Assembly (NCBI GenBank): GCA_958009085.1
Contig: OY253676.1
Location: forward strand, 310,001 to 374,000
DNA: 64,000 nt
Source: Protoeuglena noctilucae
Taxonomy: Eukaryota
Direction of reading: 5' to 3'
Shown here: positions 23,543-35,713 of the stretch, one piece after another
Layout: the number at the start of each line of letters is the position of its first letter
Position numbering within the stretch: position 1 is the stretch's first letter
The notes under the pieces: model-generated
Databases searched by the model: none
What the model was told of the DNA's origin: nothing
What the model saw: only the letters and a program-made list of their open reading frames with translations
Program-made: the position numbers and the translations under genes

Positions 23543-26451
23543 ATGAAGCGTGTTCAGCCGAGCGGCGCCGGCGAGAGGGAAGATGCGACGCGCCGCGGGA
23601 CCGCCCCCGCGCCTCCCCCCGGGCTGTCGACCCTGGGCTGGCAGTCGGAGGTGGACTCGGACAAGGAAATGGAGGCGACAGTCATCGGGAGTATGCAACC
23701 TCCGAGGCATGGGAACATCGCGGTGGCGGTGAAGGTGCGGCGTGGGTGCGCACTCCTCAATTTGGGGTTCTGTCGCTGAAGTGTGTTCTCCGACCCCGTC
23801 CATCGCTCGTCCCGCAGGAATGGCACCACGCCGCCGTCACTCTAGGCATGACGACCGCGGGCGCCCCTCCGGACGCGTTGGTCAAGGCCATGGAGCGAGG
23901 CCGCCAGCGCTCCCGGTCCCGCTCCAGAGCGGGGCGCTCTCGCGCGAGCGAGGCGCCGCCGGCTGTAGAGGCGGACGCTTCCGTTGCGGACGAGGGTACG
24001 GCGGAGCTGGAGCTCGGAGTGTTCAAGCTCCCGGAGGGCGAGGGCGGCATCAGTCCTGCGACCAAGCCGCCCGGGACCCCGCTTCCGCGACCCGGGTGGA
24101 TCCACCGCGCCGTGGCGACCAGCACTCTCATCTCGCTCAAGGGCGTCAACTTCGAGCTGAACTCCAAGCTGAACTCCAAGCCGCGGATCTTCGTCTTCAA
24201 GATCGTCTCGTTCCCGTTCGTCTTCTTCGCTATATGGAACAGGTTCGTGGCCGGATCGGACCAGTGCACCCTGTCGCGGACCTGGCACGGCGCCGACGGC
24301 GTCTGCAAGAAGCACGGCGTCATCCTGACGCTGGCCCTCCTCCTCATCGTCCTGCTCATCCACGCCTACACGATTGCGATGGCCGCCTTTGCGGCGCTCA
24401 GGCACTGCCTGCGCGCCCTCCCGATCCTCACCGTGGCCGAGAACATCGTCTCCGCCCTTCTGCCCATCTCGTACGCCTGGGTGGGCGGCAGCATCTACCA
24501 GGTCCACCCCTCGTATGTCGTCACTCGGGGGATGTACATCTCCGTCCTCTACGGAGTCACGGCCTGCATCGGCATGCAGACGGGCGTCCGCGCCTCCTTT
24601 TGGTTCGAGGCTCTCCTCCTCGTAACCTGCAGCGTCATGCGAGGGGCCTCGACCGTGGCTCTGGTCCGTTCGATGGGGCCCGGCAGCACCTACGCGGCCT
24701 ACTGGGGCAGCGAGTACTCGCCGCCCTCCGCGGGCGTCTGGATCGGGGCCGCGTCGTGCTTCGTCATCTTCCCGGCCACGTACACCGTGTGCGCGCTGCT
24801 GTGCCACGGCTCCTTTGCGTCCGCCGAGAAGCAGGTGACTAGGGCCGGGGCCAGCGCAGCGGCTGCCGCTGTCGTCAGTCCGCCGGGTCGGACGAGATGC
24901 GGTTGCGCGTGGCTGTGACTGCAGAACAAGGACCGGATCGGCCTTCACCGCATGCGCTGGGCCATCGCGCACCTGGCCGCGTGGTTCTTCTTTCTGGTCT
25001 TCGTGTGTCTCTTCTGCTACCTCATCGCGGTCGCGGGCGGGTCGGAAAAGGGATCGCTGCCGACGCCCGTCGTGTCCATCTTCAGCATCACCTTCGCTGC
25101 CATCTGCGCGTTCCTTGTGCGCATGTCCACCACCCTCGCCAACTGGTCTCAGGAGATGCTGCTGAACCAGGTGACTCGCGACATCCCACGATATCCCACG
25201 CACCTGCAGCCCTGCGCCGGTGCCTCGTCAGAAGAGCAGGCTCTGTGCCAAACGTTGCCCGCGCCGACCCGCCCCACAGGTGCTGCCAGGGCCGGACGTG
25301 GCTGACATCCTCGTCATGAAGACGGCCGCCCGCGCGGTGCTCCCCATGTCTGGACCGGAGCAGGCGCCCGGGGCCGGTACTCACGACGCGTCCGGCACGC
25401 AGAGCTCCGTGCCTTACGGCGCGCGTGCTCGGATAAAGGTAACGCCCACGCTGTCGTCTGCGGCAGCTGCTGACGCGGGGATGAGCAACCCAAGCACGAC
25501 GCGTGGGCGCGGGCGGACCCCGCACCGCGAGTCCGCGGGGACGTCGACCGATGTGGCCCCCGAGAACAGCTCAGGGATGGTCCTGTGCCAGGTGTCCACG
25601 GTGACGCTCGTGGCAGTCGAGCTGCCCGGTCTTAAGGCGAGGCGCTGCGAGGCGCACCGGCGTGCGCCGCAATTGTGGACCAGCCGGCGGTGTGGGTCTC
25701 GAGTCTCTCTCGCCGACGGCCTGCGTACGTCCCCCCGTCTTCACAGAAGGTCGCGACCACGAGCCTGCCGGCTCTGGCGGTGCCGTCGCTGCTGCACCAG
25801 CTCCACGTCACCTGTGAGAATGCCGCAGCCTGCATGCCGGCGTCCTGCCCCATGCGCAAGGTCGTCGACTCTTGGGCGGCCCCCGGCACGGTGATCCTGG
25901 CGCTCGGACTCGTGCCGGGCACCGCCAGGACGCAGAGCCAGGCCACGGCGGCTGCGTCTGGGGCCGAGCAGAAGACCCCGAGGGAGCCGCCGGGCGTCGT
26001 GTCCGACGCCAGTGCTGCCATCAAGGTCGGGATGCGCATCGGAGCGGCGGTACCGACGCTCCCGGGGTGGCAGGTGGGCGCCGCGGCCGGGCATCTGTGC
26101 TGCATGGCCGCTTTGCGATGTTTATCGTGGCCTCACGCGTTACCGATCTTTCTTGCAAAGCAGGACCTCGCCGTGAAGGCCGGGTGCAAGGTGGCGGTGG
26201 TGACGGGCGAGGCGGTGGTGTCCGTGCTCGGCGTCAGCCAGCCGATGCTCTCGGTCACGGGCGCTGCGCTTGCCCAGGCCCGCTCGCTGCTGGACCGCAC
26301 GGCCGTCGACTGGCTGAGCGCGGACGAGGCGACGCTGAGGGCGGCAGGCGAGGAGCACCGCGCCGCCTTCACTGCCACCGACACGTACGTCAAAGGCCAA
26401 GGCGTCGGGACCGTGGCCATCTTCATGCGACCATTGGCGCAGGCGGAGTGA
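23543..26451 (+). CDS. Polytopic (~8 TM) membrane protein with C-terminal degenerate class III adenylyl/guanylyl cyclase domain
   Basis: Exons 23543-23734, 23818-24834, 24925-25170, 25280-25636, 25747-26025, 26164-26451. Helical linker EMLLNQ|VLPGPDVADIL; VTLVAVELPGL; VAVVTGEAVVSVLGVSQPMLSVTGAALAQARSL; YVKGQG. Confidence 0.7.
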
Positions 26452-27381
26452 GGACGGCGGGGGTCCAACAACAGCAGCGATTCCCTCTCTGTCCTCGAAG
26501 CACAGCAACAGCCGCTCTTCCCTGTTCTGTTCCCGAGTTTCCCGCTCGGCTTTCCCTTTTGCACCACGGACGCCCGCGTAGCTCCACGCACCCCACGCAA
26601 GCTCCTCGCGCCTCACACATGGCTCAGCTGCATGCGCCTTCCCTCTAGATGATGGATGATGATGCGCTGCACACCTTTTGGAGTTTCTTGCATGTAGCTA
26701 GGTCCGTCCCTGCGTACCTTTCCAGAGCAGCCAGCGTTTCCGCACGCGACGTAGCACCTTCCCTCTTCCAGCACGCGACCTGTGGCAGACCACGTGTGTT
26801 TCAGTGTTCCACGCGCGATGCCCAAAGCCTTTAACCTTCTCTCGCTTCAAGACAGAACCTGCCAGACCCTCAGGTTACAACGGCGGGGCGACAGCGCCTC
26901 AAGATGACAGGGCGCTTGAAAAGACAGTGTCAGGGAGCGGGCGTTTCTAGACCGAGCCTCTGCCAGCCTCTTCGACCATTCGCGCTCTCTTTCGTGTGGG
27001 CATCACCTGCCTGCGAACAGTGCCACGCAGAGACACCTACCACGTTTCTCACCATTCTTCTCTGCTTTGCTTCGCGAGAGCAATCCTGTCAAGCACCCGC
27101 AAACTTTTCAGCGGCTCTGTACTGTCTTGCGTGCGTCGCGGGACCGGGAGGCGCGTGCGCGCAGGCGTCGGGGTGGAACCAGCCCACACGTCGACATGTG
27201 AGGACGGAGTGGACCCGGGGTCGGCCCGGGCCTGAGCTGGGGACGTGTATTTGTGTTAATTGTGCATGTTGTGATCGGCCCGCGCCCTCACCAGGACCGC
27301 GCACGCCTGCGGCGACCTGCAGTCGTAGCCACCGTGTTGCGCAGGGACTGGACGACGGCCAGCGAGCGCGCTCGGCCAGGA

Positions 27382-28669
27382 ATGACGTCCGGCGCCCTCC
27401 CCGAGCTGTTCGCTCGGCCAGGGACGCTTCAGGCACTGCGGCCCCCGACGAGGGAGGAGAAGCAGCTGCTGAGCAACATGGATAGCCCGGGGTTCCTCGA
27501 GGTACGTGCCGCGCGCTGACGTTCTTCCCTTCTGCGATGTGTTGCGCACGTCTGCTCGCCCTGCCATGCTCCCCTGGTCGTTCAAGGGCCGCCGTGGGCT
27601 CCGTGTGCAGGTCTACCCACGCTCGGGCGACAAGCGCCCCATCCTCATGGCCAAGCTCGAAGCGATGCTGATGGAAAAGATCCGGGTCGCGGAGAGGATG
27701 GTCTCGCCGGCGTACCTTGCGCAGGAGAAGCGGGGGACCAACCGGGCGATGGGGGCGGCCAACCTGCGGCTGGACGCCCACCGACAGGTCTTCGAGGCCT
27801 TCATTCAAGCTTTCACAACCTATCGGCCTCTCTTGCGACGGATCAAGGACGAGTACGAGCAAGTGCTGGACGACGGCCTGCGGTGAGATGCGGCTCCCTA
27901 GCCGTCCCCGCGACGGCGTCCTGGCCTGCGCGGCGTCCCGAATGTGCGTTGCGGGGGCATTTTATGACCATGCTGGTTGATTTGGATGCTGGCTGGCCAC
28001 GCATTTGCTTGGGGCTCCTGTTGCTCCCAGGGCGTCCCATGAGAACATCGTGATGCGGGCAGAGCTGGCGGTGTCGGAGCAAAGGAAGCATCGGGCCGTG
28101 GAGGAGGCGCGGGCCGAGGCGGCCGCGAGCGCTGCGGCCCTGCGGGCGGAGCTCCACGCCCGCCTTATGGAGGCGGAGGAGAGGGCCAAGGTAGGCGCTC
28201 GGGCCGTGAGATGCGAGACAGAGCATCTCCTGTCCGCCGCTGGCGGTTGCGACGGCTGCCCGCGCTCCTGCCCTCGCAGAATGCAGAGTCGAGGGAAGGC
28301 GCGCCTGGAGCAGGAGCTCAACCAGATGCGGAAGACCATGCAGGCGACGCTGCAGGAGATGGCGGAGATGAAGCAAAAGTACGAGGACGTGATGAAGCTG
28401 ATGCAGGAGGAGAGCTCCTTCTCCAAGGTTAGGAGCCTTGGAGGGTCGGTCGCGACATGCGAAGGCCCACGCCAGCTGAGATGTGCGACCGTGTCGCGGG
28501 CTGGGCAGCCCCCGCGTTTCCATCGCATGAGTGAGACGCCGCTGTGCCGTTCCGTTCATTCCGTTTGCTCCGTTTGCTCCCTCAGAACGGCGCGGAGAGC
28601 CTGGCCAACCTCAAGATGGGGGGCAAGACCGCGGCCGAGGCGGCCAAGAAGCTCAAGGACGACGTGTGA
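27382..28669 (+). CDS. TSNAXIP1 N-terminal-domain-like coiled-coil protein
   Basis: RLDAHRQVFEAFIQAFTTYRPLLRRIKDEYE matches the translin-associated factor X-interacting N-terminal motif; followed by coiled coil; 5 GT-AG exons. Confidence 0.75.
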
Positions 28670-28897
28670 TAGTCTGACGCTCGGTTGGTGCGGTCCACCG
28701 CTTTTCTGAATGCCTGGTACGATTTCCCAGAAATCCATGGCCTGCCAGATCGCGAGCGTCGCCTCCGCGCTTCCGCGAGCGCCTCGCGTCGGAGAGCGGG
28801 AGAGATTGAATCGCGTCACGACCGGTCCTCCCAACGGTTGCCGAAACGAGGCATACCGCGGCTCGTCTGGCTGGGCTTCGCGGCCCCGGCGCGGCTC

Positions 28898-31491
28898 ATG
28901 CCCGGTGCCATGTACGTGAGAAGAGCGATGACGGAGGGGATGAAGGGCTCCGATTTCCTGCCCAGCCGCGAGCCCGGCAGGCTCCCGGGGACGGGGGTGC
29001 CGGCATTCCATCCAGAGGACGAGTTCGGCGGGGGGAGGGGCTTCGAGAAGACGTTTGAGGCGTCCTCCAGGCCGTTTGGGCTGTTGTCGCCTGAGGGAGG
29101 GTGAGAGGGAGCTCGGCGTGGCGCGGGAGGGCGGGACCCTCGCTGTGTCCATCGCGGTGCTGCGCCCTCCGCGCGGACGCGATCGAGCGTCGGAGGCGCC
29201 TCCCATGGGCCGCGCATGACAGCATGCCTTACGTGATCTATGTGCAGCGCCGTGGATGGCTAACGGCGACGATTTCGCGAGCTGTGCCGTCCCCGCAGGT
29301 CTGCGCTGCTCTCCAGCCTCCCTGGATACGCCGCGCTCGGGAACGCCGCGCTGGCAGTGGCCCTCGTGCTTCTGGCTCTGTCCAGCCTCTACGGGGCCGG
29401 GATGCACGCGGCGCTGCTCCTGGCCGTGCTGTGCGCTGGGGCTGCCGTGACGGGCGGGGCGTCAGCGGTGAGCGAGGGCCGGGCTCGCGCGCAAGGGTGC
29501 TTCCGCGGGCCGTGCACAGGAACTGCCTCGCACCGCAGGTGCTGCGACGCCCCAACACCAAGCTCCGGCTGGCGACGCTGGTCCTCATCGGGCTGGCGTG
29601 CGTGGCTGCCTTCAACTTCAAGACCGTCGTGGTGGTGCGTGGGCAGGGCGTTTAACGACGATGGCCCCGCTGCCTACCCGTCCCACATGGACTTGTTACC
29701 CGGCCGCTGCCTTGCCTTGCCCCATGCAATCCGTCGGCGCTCGCGCGGCTCGCAGGACGACCGCAACACGGCCTGTGCCTTCTCCGAGGCCTTCCTGCGA
29801 CTGGGCAACGTCGAGCAGGTCGTCTGGGATGACCACAACAGCGAGCTCATCCACACGCTGTTCAACAGGCAGGGAGCCGCACCCCTAGCCGCCTGTGCTG
29901 CGACGCCGCTCGCAGGTCGAGATGGGGAGAGCCGCACCCTTGCCAATCCTTCCAGCCCCAACTCCGCAGGCTCAGCGAGGTCGACTCCATGCTGAACTCG
30001 GCGCACAACGTGGCCACCATGCACATCTTCTCCGACGAGCAGGAGGGCGTCCGCAAGATGAAGTCCGTGGATGCCTCCTACCTCAAGAGCCGGCTGGACG
30101 CCGTCCGGGAGCACGCGCACCAGACCTTGACCTATCTCGAGAACCTGCACCGCAACCACACTGCGGCGAGTGCCGGGAGCGGGGTTGACGCGACGCCCTC
30201 TGCGCATGACGTCGGTCCCGTCGTGCGGCGCTGGCGATGATCTGGTCACTGCATATGCCCCTGCCCTGCAGGCCATGGATGCCGGCGTGGCCTCGAAGGA
30301 CATCCGGAGGAACGAGCGCGTGGTCCAGGCCATCGCCAGCCGCATGGACAACCGTTGAGGGGCTGAGCACACGCGCTCACGCTTCGCCACCGTCACCTGC
30401 ACACCGTGTCGCGTTTGACCTCTTCCGCTGCCGCTCACTCGCACCTCACGAAACTCCCCCACTGCGCTCTTCCCAGTTCGCGAGGTCATCGACTGGATGA
30501 ACAACCCCGAGACGAACGTCACGCCTGAAGACTACGAGCACGTCCTGGAGGTCCTCGTGGACCTGTCGGGGTTCCATCCGGACCATCTTCTCGAGGACAA
30601 CACCGTCCTGCGCCTGGCGGACACTGACCTGATGCGAAAGCTCGAGCCCGGTGAGATGGCCAAAGGGGCTTGATGAGGCGGACCAGGTTGGGCGGGCGGC
30701 CACTGCGTGTGGGTCTTCGTGCGGGTGCTCATTATTGACGGCGCTCCTGCAGTGCGGAACTCGCGATGTCTTTTTGTGCAGAGCTGCACGAGGTGCCTCA
30801 CGTCAAGGTGACCCTGGGGCGCTTCTCGAAAGATGACTACAAGTGGGAGCACGCGTTCGACAGGCAGAGGGAGGCCGCGGAGAAGCTGAACCGGGTGCGA
30901 AGCAGCGCTGGGGATGGCTGTTGAGGCTGGTGAATGAGAAGTGGTGTTTTGTGACTCGCTGGCCGTCTGTTGGTGTCAACGCCAGTGTGACCTGAAGTGC
31001 CCATTGTGCCTCTGCAGCATCAGGTGGCCAGGCTGCACAAGGCCAACTTTGAGTTCCAGAAGACCATGGAGGTGAGTCGACGCTTCTCATCTGCAGCTTG
31101 TGTGGGTTGGCCACACAGTGCGTCGCGCGCTGGCCGTGCCAGTCCTTGGCATGCTACGCCTTCCAGTCACACCCGGCACACGTCGGCGTTCGCAGAAGAA
31201 GATGGAGAAACTCCACGAGTCTTTCAAGATCGACAACCTCATCTCGCAGATGCCAAGCCACTGCGTGAATGAGAACAAGGCGAGCGGCCCCATGCTTCGC
31301 TCCGGTGCAGAGACCCACCCTGGGTGGAGCTGGGGGCCACGCTCGGCTGCCCTGTGTTTGCAATCTGTGGCGCTCTTCCACCGCAGACCATGTGGCTGTC
31401 CCAGCTCCTGGGGTGGGCGGCCATCCTGCTGCAAGGGGGCGCTGCATGGGCGATGGGCTCTGCCGTGGTGGATGACGTCAAGTCCGCGTGA
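28898..31491 (+). CDS. Unrecognised membrane protein: 3 N-terminal TM helices, long helical loop, C-terminal TM (about 11 exons)
   Basis: Frame-preserving exon chain; TMs AALAVALVLLALSSLY, AALLLAVLCAGAAVTGG, LATLVLIGLACVAAF and final WLSQLLGWAAILLQGGAAWAM; start uncertain. Confidence 0.6.
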
Positions 31492-31635
31492 GGGTATCCT
31501 TGGGCGTCGGGCCTGGCGAGCGCTGGCGAGCCAATTACTTGAATTGCTTTGTTCAGGCAGCTAGCTGACACGGTCGTACCGCAAGCAGAGCGGTGGGGAC
31601 GTGGGAAGTGAGGCGGCAACTACGCGTCACTCAGC

Positions 31636-32282
31636 TCACGGTCCGTATGCCTCCGGAGGCGGGGGCAGCATTTCCGAACCCCGCATGTCGAGCATGATTG
31701 TGAGGGCAAAGTATGCGAGGCCCAGGGCAATGGAAACTGCGCCGGTCCAGATAGCTGCGGGCAGGAACGGTGGGGTCGTGTTGATGCACGCATGGGGCCA
31801 TTCCAGGATGTCGCTGACGAGCTTGCCTGCGCCCCTCGCCACGCACCTGTGCNNNNNNNNNNNNNNNNNNNNNNNNNNNNNNNNNNNNNNNNNNNNNNNN
31901 NNNNNNNNNNNNNNNNNNNNNNNNNNNNNNNNNNNNNNNNNNNNNNNNNNNNNNNNNNNNNNNNNNNNNNNNNNNNNNNNNNNNNNNNNNNNNNNNNNNN
32001 NNNNNNNNNNNNNNNNNNNNNNNNNNNNNNNNNNNNNNNNNNNNNNNNNNNNCGTCGGCATCTCCAGGCCGTACTCGGACTTGGCAGCACGCTGCGGGGG
32101 TGCAATTCCGAGACGATGAGCGAGGCCTGGTGCGCAGGCCCGGCACTGGGAGGCTGGGGAGAGGGGCCGGCAGGCAGAGGAATGCTCACCCGACGCAGCG
32201 TCCTCCGCGAAGCCTGCCTGGGTCCGTTGGCGCCCCGGGTGCGCGGCGCCACCGCCCGCCCCGTCGGTGCGCACGCCTGCAT
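31636..32282 (-). CDS. Small single-TM protein, probably plastid-targeted; interrupted by the gap
   Basis: Arg/Ala-rich leader MQACAPTGRAVAPRTRG; last exon IWTGAVSIALGLAYFALTIMLDMRGSEMLPPPPEAYGP resembles, from memory, a small membrane protein family shared by cyanobacteria and plants. Confidence 0.55.
31853..32052. other. Assembly gap (200 N)
   Basis: Run of N. Confidence 1.
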
Positions 32283-33022
32283 GCTGCCCCTGCGTCGAGG
32301 GCGGAGTAAATGCGGCACTCCAGGGTGATATGGAATTTACAACGTCACGTCAACGCTGTCATGCCGTCACAAACGCATCAGAGCCGTGGCCGGCGCGCGG
32401 GGAGGGCAACCGGAGGTCGGCCTCCGTCATCCATCCTTGACTGCATCTTCCCCCTACCATTCCTCCGCCTACCACGCTCACCCTCCCGTGTCTCCCGGTG
32501 TCTGCCGGACGACCTGACGTGCGTGCGGCGAATGCAGGCGACGAAACGGAACTGTCGTTCATAGGGACACGCTCGACTGGATGCTTCTCGCTTGTGGGGA
32601 GAACTCCGTAAACCCTACCTGTGTCAGAACTGATGGTCTGCCTCCAACGCCGTACTTTCGGTTCCTTCCCGCCCATTTCGCCAAACCATCTACCGCTGCT
32701 GGCTTGGCGACGTGGAACCGGGTGAGCAGGTGTGGCGACGACGGGGCGGAGCCAAGAGGCCTCGGGACCGGCGATCCTGGCTGCTGCATCTTAGAAGACA
32801 AGCTGGGCGGCGTGCCCGTCGCGAGGACGGGCCCCTTGCGCGTGCTTTGTTGAAACGCTGACGTGCCGCGAGGACAGCGCAAGGCAGCTAGGAACATTGG
32901 GGGAGCCAAGCGACGCGGCTAGGCAGCGGCGGCGGGGGCGCCGGCGCGTGCGCGGGCCGCCTCGCGGTGCTGGGGGCGAGCGTGGCAGCGGCCGGGGGCC
33001 AGCTGGGCGCAGGGAAGGGGGC

Positions 33023-35502
33023 ATGGCGTTCCTCAACAGCGTGATCGCGGAGTTCCGGGACCAACTCAACGCCATCACGGTCCAGTGAGTGGGGCGCCGC
33101 GCGCTGTGCACGCTGGGGGAGCTTCCGCTTCTGCATGGTGTAAATGCGATTTCTTTGCACTGGAGGCGCGAGTGCCTTTGCGTCCCACCCTGCCTTTGCG
33201 TCACAACGCATGTGTTTCCACTGCACAGCCTCTGCGTCGATCGGGCCGCAGGGTGCGTGACATCGAGCCCCTTTCTCTGGTGGCAAAGGACATGGTGCAT
33301 TTCGCCCCAGACATCGCTGCCGCCGTCGAGCAGCACATCTTTGCTGTCAGGTGAGGAACGCCAGCGTTCCGGAACGGCCGTTTCCGCAGCCAGTTGGGAC
33401 GATCCCGGAAGCGGGTGCCCTCGATATCTTGCCGCAGGGACCTCCCAGCGCAGCGGCTCGCCTGCCTGTACCTCATCGACAACATCTGCAAGCGCGTCGG
33501 GCAGCCATACAACGAGCTCTTCTCAAAGGTAATGGAGGGCCCTAGCCCAGAGTCTCCGCTCCGCCTTGACGGCACCCGCCCAAAGTGCATGCGACGTCTC
33601 TCCGCCCCAGAACCTGCCCGCGCTCTTCCAGCAAGCGTACCGCACTCTGCCGGGTCTTCGTCACAAGATGCGCAGCCTGCTCGACGTCTGGGGACGCATG
33701 CAGCTCTTCCCGGCGGGGGTGCTCCAACACACGACGGCGCTGGCAGACGCCGAGGACGCAGCCGACGCCGCCGCCGGAGCGCAGGCGAGGCGCACTTTGC
33801 TTAGAGTCAAAACGATCCTCCGAACACGGCCTGAGCATTGGGCGCTCCCCGACAGCACCTAACGAAACGCTGCGCATTCCGCCGTGTCCCGATACAGACT
33901 GCGTGGGTGGCTCCCGGGCCCCCGTCCTTCCCCCTGCCCCCGCCGCCGCCGCGAGATGCGCGCCATGCGAACGGTGCGATGCCGCCCGCCTCGACCCCCC
34001 ACATGGTTCCAACGGTTCCCTTAGAACCGCCCCCGCCCGCCCGGCCCCTCTCGCCGCGTGTCGGGTCCCTGCCGCCCCCTCCCGCCAGCGACCTCGACCC
34101 CCCACCCCCGGCTGTCCTGGGCGCCACAGGGGCCGGCCCCAGCTCTGCGTGGTGAGCCGTGCAGCATGTTCATTGCAGACACTGGTCGCCTTAGGTGTTG
34201 CGCTGTCCGTGCGACTTCGACGCCGTTTCCTGCCGCGCAGGTCCGAAAGGCAAGGCAGCCATGGACTGGCGGGGTCGCGGGCATCGCCAGCTGCGATGGG
34301 CAGCGGCCACGACGTCTGGGGCCCGCCGGGGACCAGGCCAGGCGCATGGGAGCAGCCAGGTATGGAGGGGTGGGGTGGCAAGCGGCCAACGGAATGGGAC
34401 AGCGGGGAGGGCCCTCCCGACCCGAAACGTGCGCGGGTTGCGGAAGACGAGACGCGCGTGGCGGTGACCGACAGCCTCTTGCGCGAGCTGCTGTCAGGTG
34501 CGTGCGCCGCCGGAGCCCACCCGACGCTCGCCAGTGCATGGCGCCGACACGCAGTGACCATGCCTCGCGCGTTTCCCGCAGCGGGCGTCATCGTGCCCGA
34601 CGACAGTGCCCCTGCCGCGGCCGGCGCCGGTGCGGCTGAGGACGCAGAGCCTGGGTGGATGCCCACCGATGAGGACGTGCAGCTCAGCGCGGCCAAGCTG
34701 CGGTCCGACCCCAGCGCAGCGCTGCGCAGGCTCAAGTCGGAAAGCCAACGGACGCGTCAGACCATGCTAGACATCATCGGTGAGCTCTAGTGGCGACCAG
34801 GTTGCCGCAGGGTGCGACTCGGTAGCGTCCGACACCCAGCAGTCCTGATCGCGCTCCCCGGCTCCGTTCGCAGTGGCCCGCCGCCGCGTTCAGGAGCAGC
34901 ACCGGAAGTGGTACCCATCGGAGGCGCAGTGGCTGGAGGCCGTGGTCGACGCGCCGCCTGGGGGCGGGGCCGAGGATGATTCGGGGGCGCAGGCGTTGCC
35001 CGACCCGCAACAGTTCAAAGTCCCGCGAGACGAGTCGCAGACGACGTGCGCCGTGTCGGGAGAGCCCTTGGAGGCACAGTGGGACGAGGGCCTGCAGGGG
35101 TGGGTGTACGTGGGTGCACGGCGGCTGTGCGGGGATGAGGCGGCCTTGTACGGGGTGCCGGATGGAGCCATCGCCAAGGTCTCGTGTCTCAGGTGCGAGT
35201 CCCTGCTGCGATGGTCGATCAGAAGAGCTCCTGACAGCGACTGGCGCTTGGTCTGGTGGCGATACGACAGCCATGGCGTAACGCTCCGGTGTTTTGTGTG
35301 CAGGAACGATGGCCTGCCAGACCTCGGCCTGGCGACCGTGGAGTCCTCACGGGGCCCTCCCAGCTCCGCAGTCACCGCACCGTCGACAGATGCGCAGGGA
35401 GGAGAGCAGGGTGCTGGAGATGGCGCGGGGGCGGCAGAGGCGGAGCCGGAAGCCGCTGGCATTGCTGATCAAGTTACTGGTTTCGATGATGTCGACGTAT
35501 AA
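33023..35502 (+). CDS. PCF11: PCF11/PCFS4-like cleavage and termination factor (CID domain, C-terminal Clp1-binding/zinc-finger region)
   Basis: CID: QRLACLYLIDNICKRVGQPYNELFSK|NLPALFQQAY...MRSLLDVW..MQLFP; C-terminus RKWYPSEAQWL, VPRDESQTTCAVSGEPLEAQWDE..GWVYVGA. Confidence 0.85.
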
Positions 35503-35713
35503 TGAAGTTGTTTGCTGTGTCAGGCGGCCTGGTGCTTGAAACTTGGACATTGAAGAGCCGTCTACACAGCTCTGCACAGCTTGCTCGGCGAAGCTGACCT
35601 TGGCCAGCCTCTGATGTGTGACAGGCACAGGTTGGGAAAAGGACAAGATTGCGATGAGAGTAGCTGGTCTTCGACCCGGCCAATGATTGTGCGGACAAGA
35701 GCTGTGCTGAGTG

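Noticed and set aside
24180..25140. Rhodopsin-cyclase (8-TM enzyme rhodopsin) interpretation
   Set aside because: No retinal-binding Lys (DxxxK) in the last TM and no helix-C RYxxW motif
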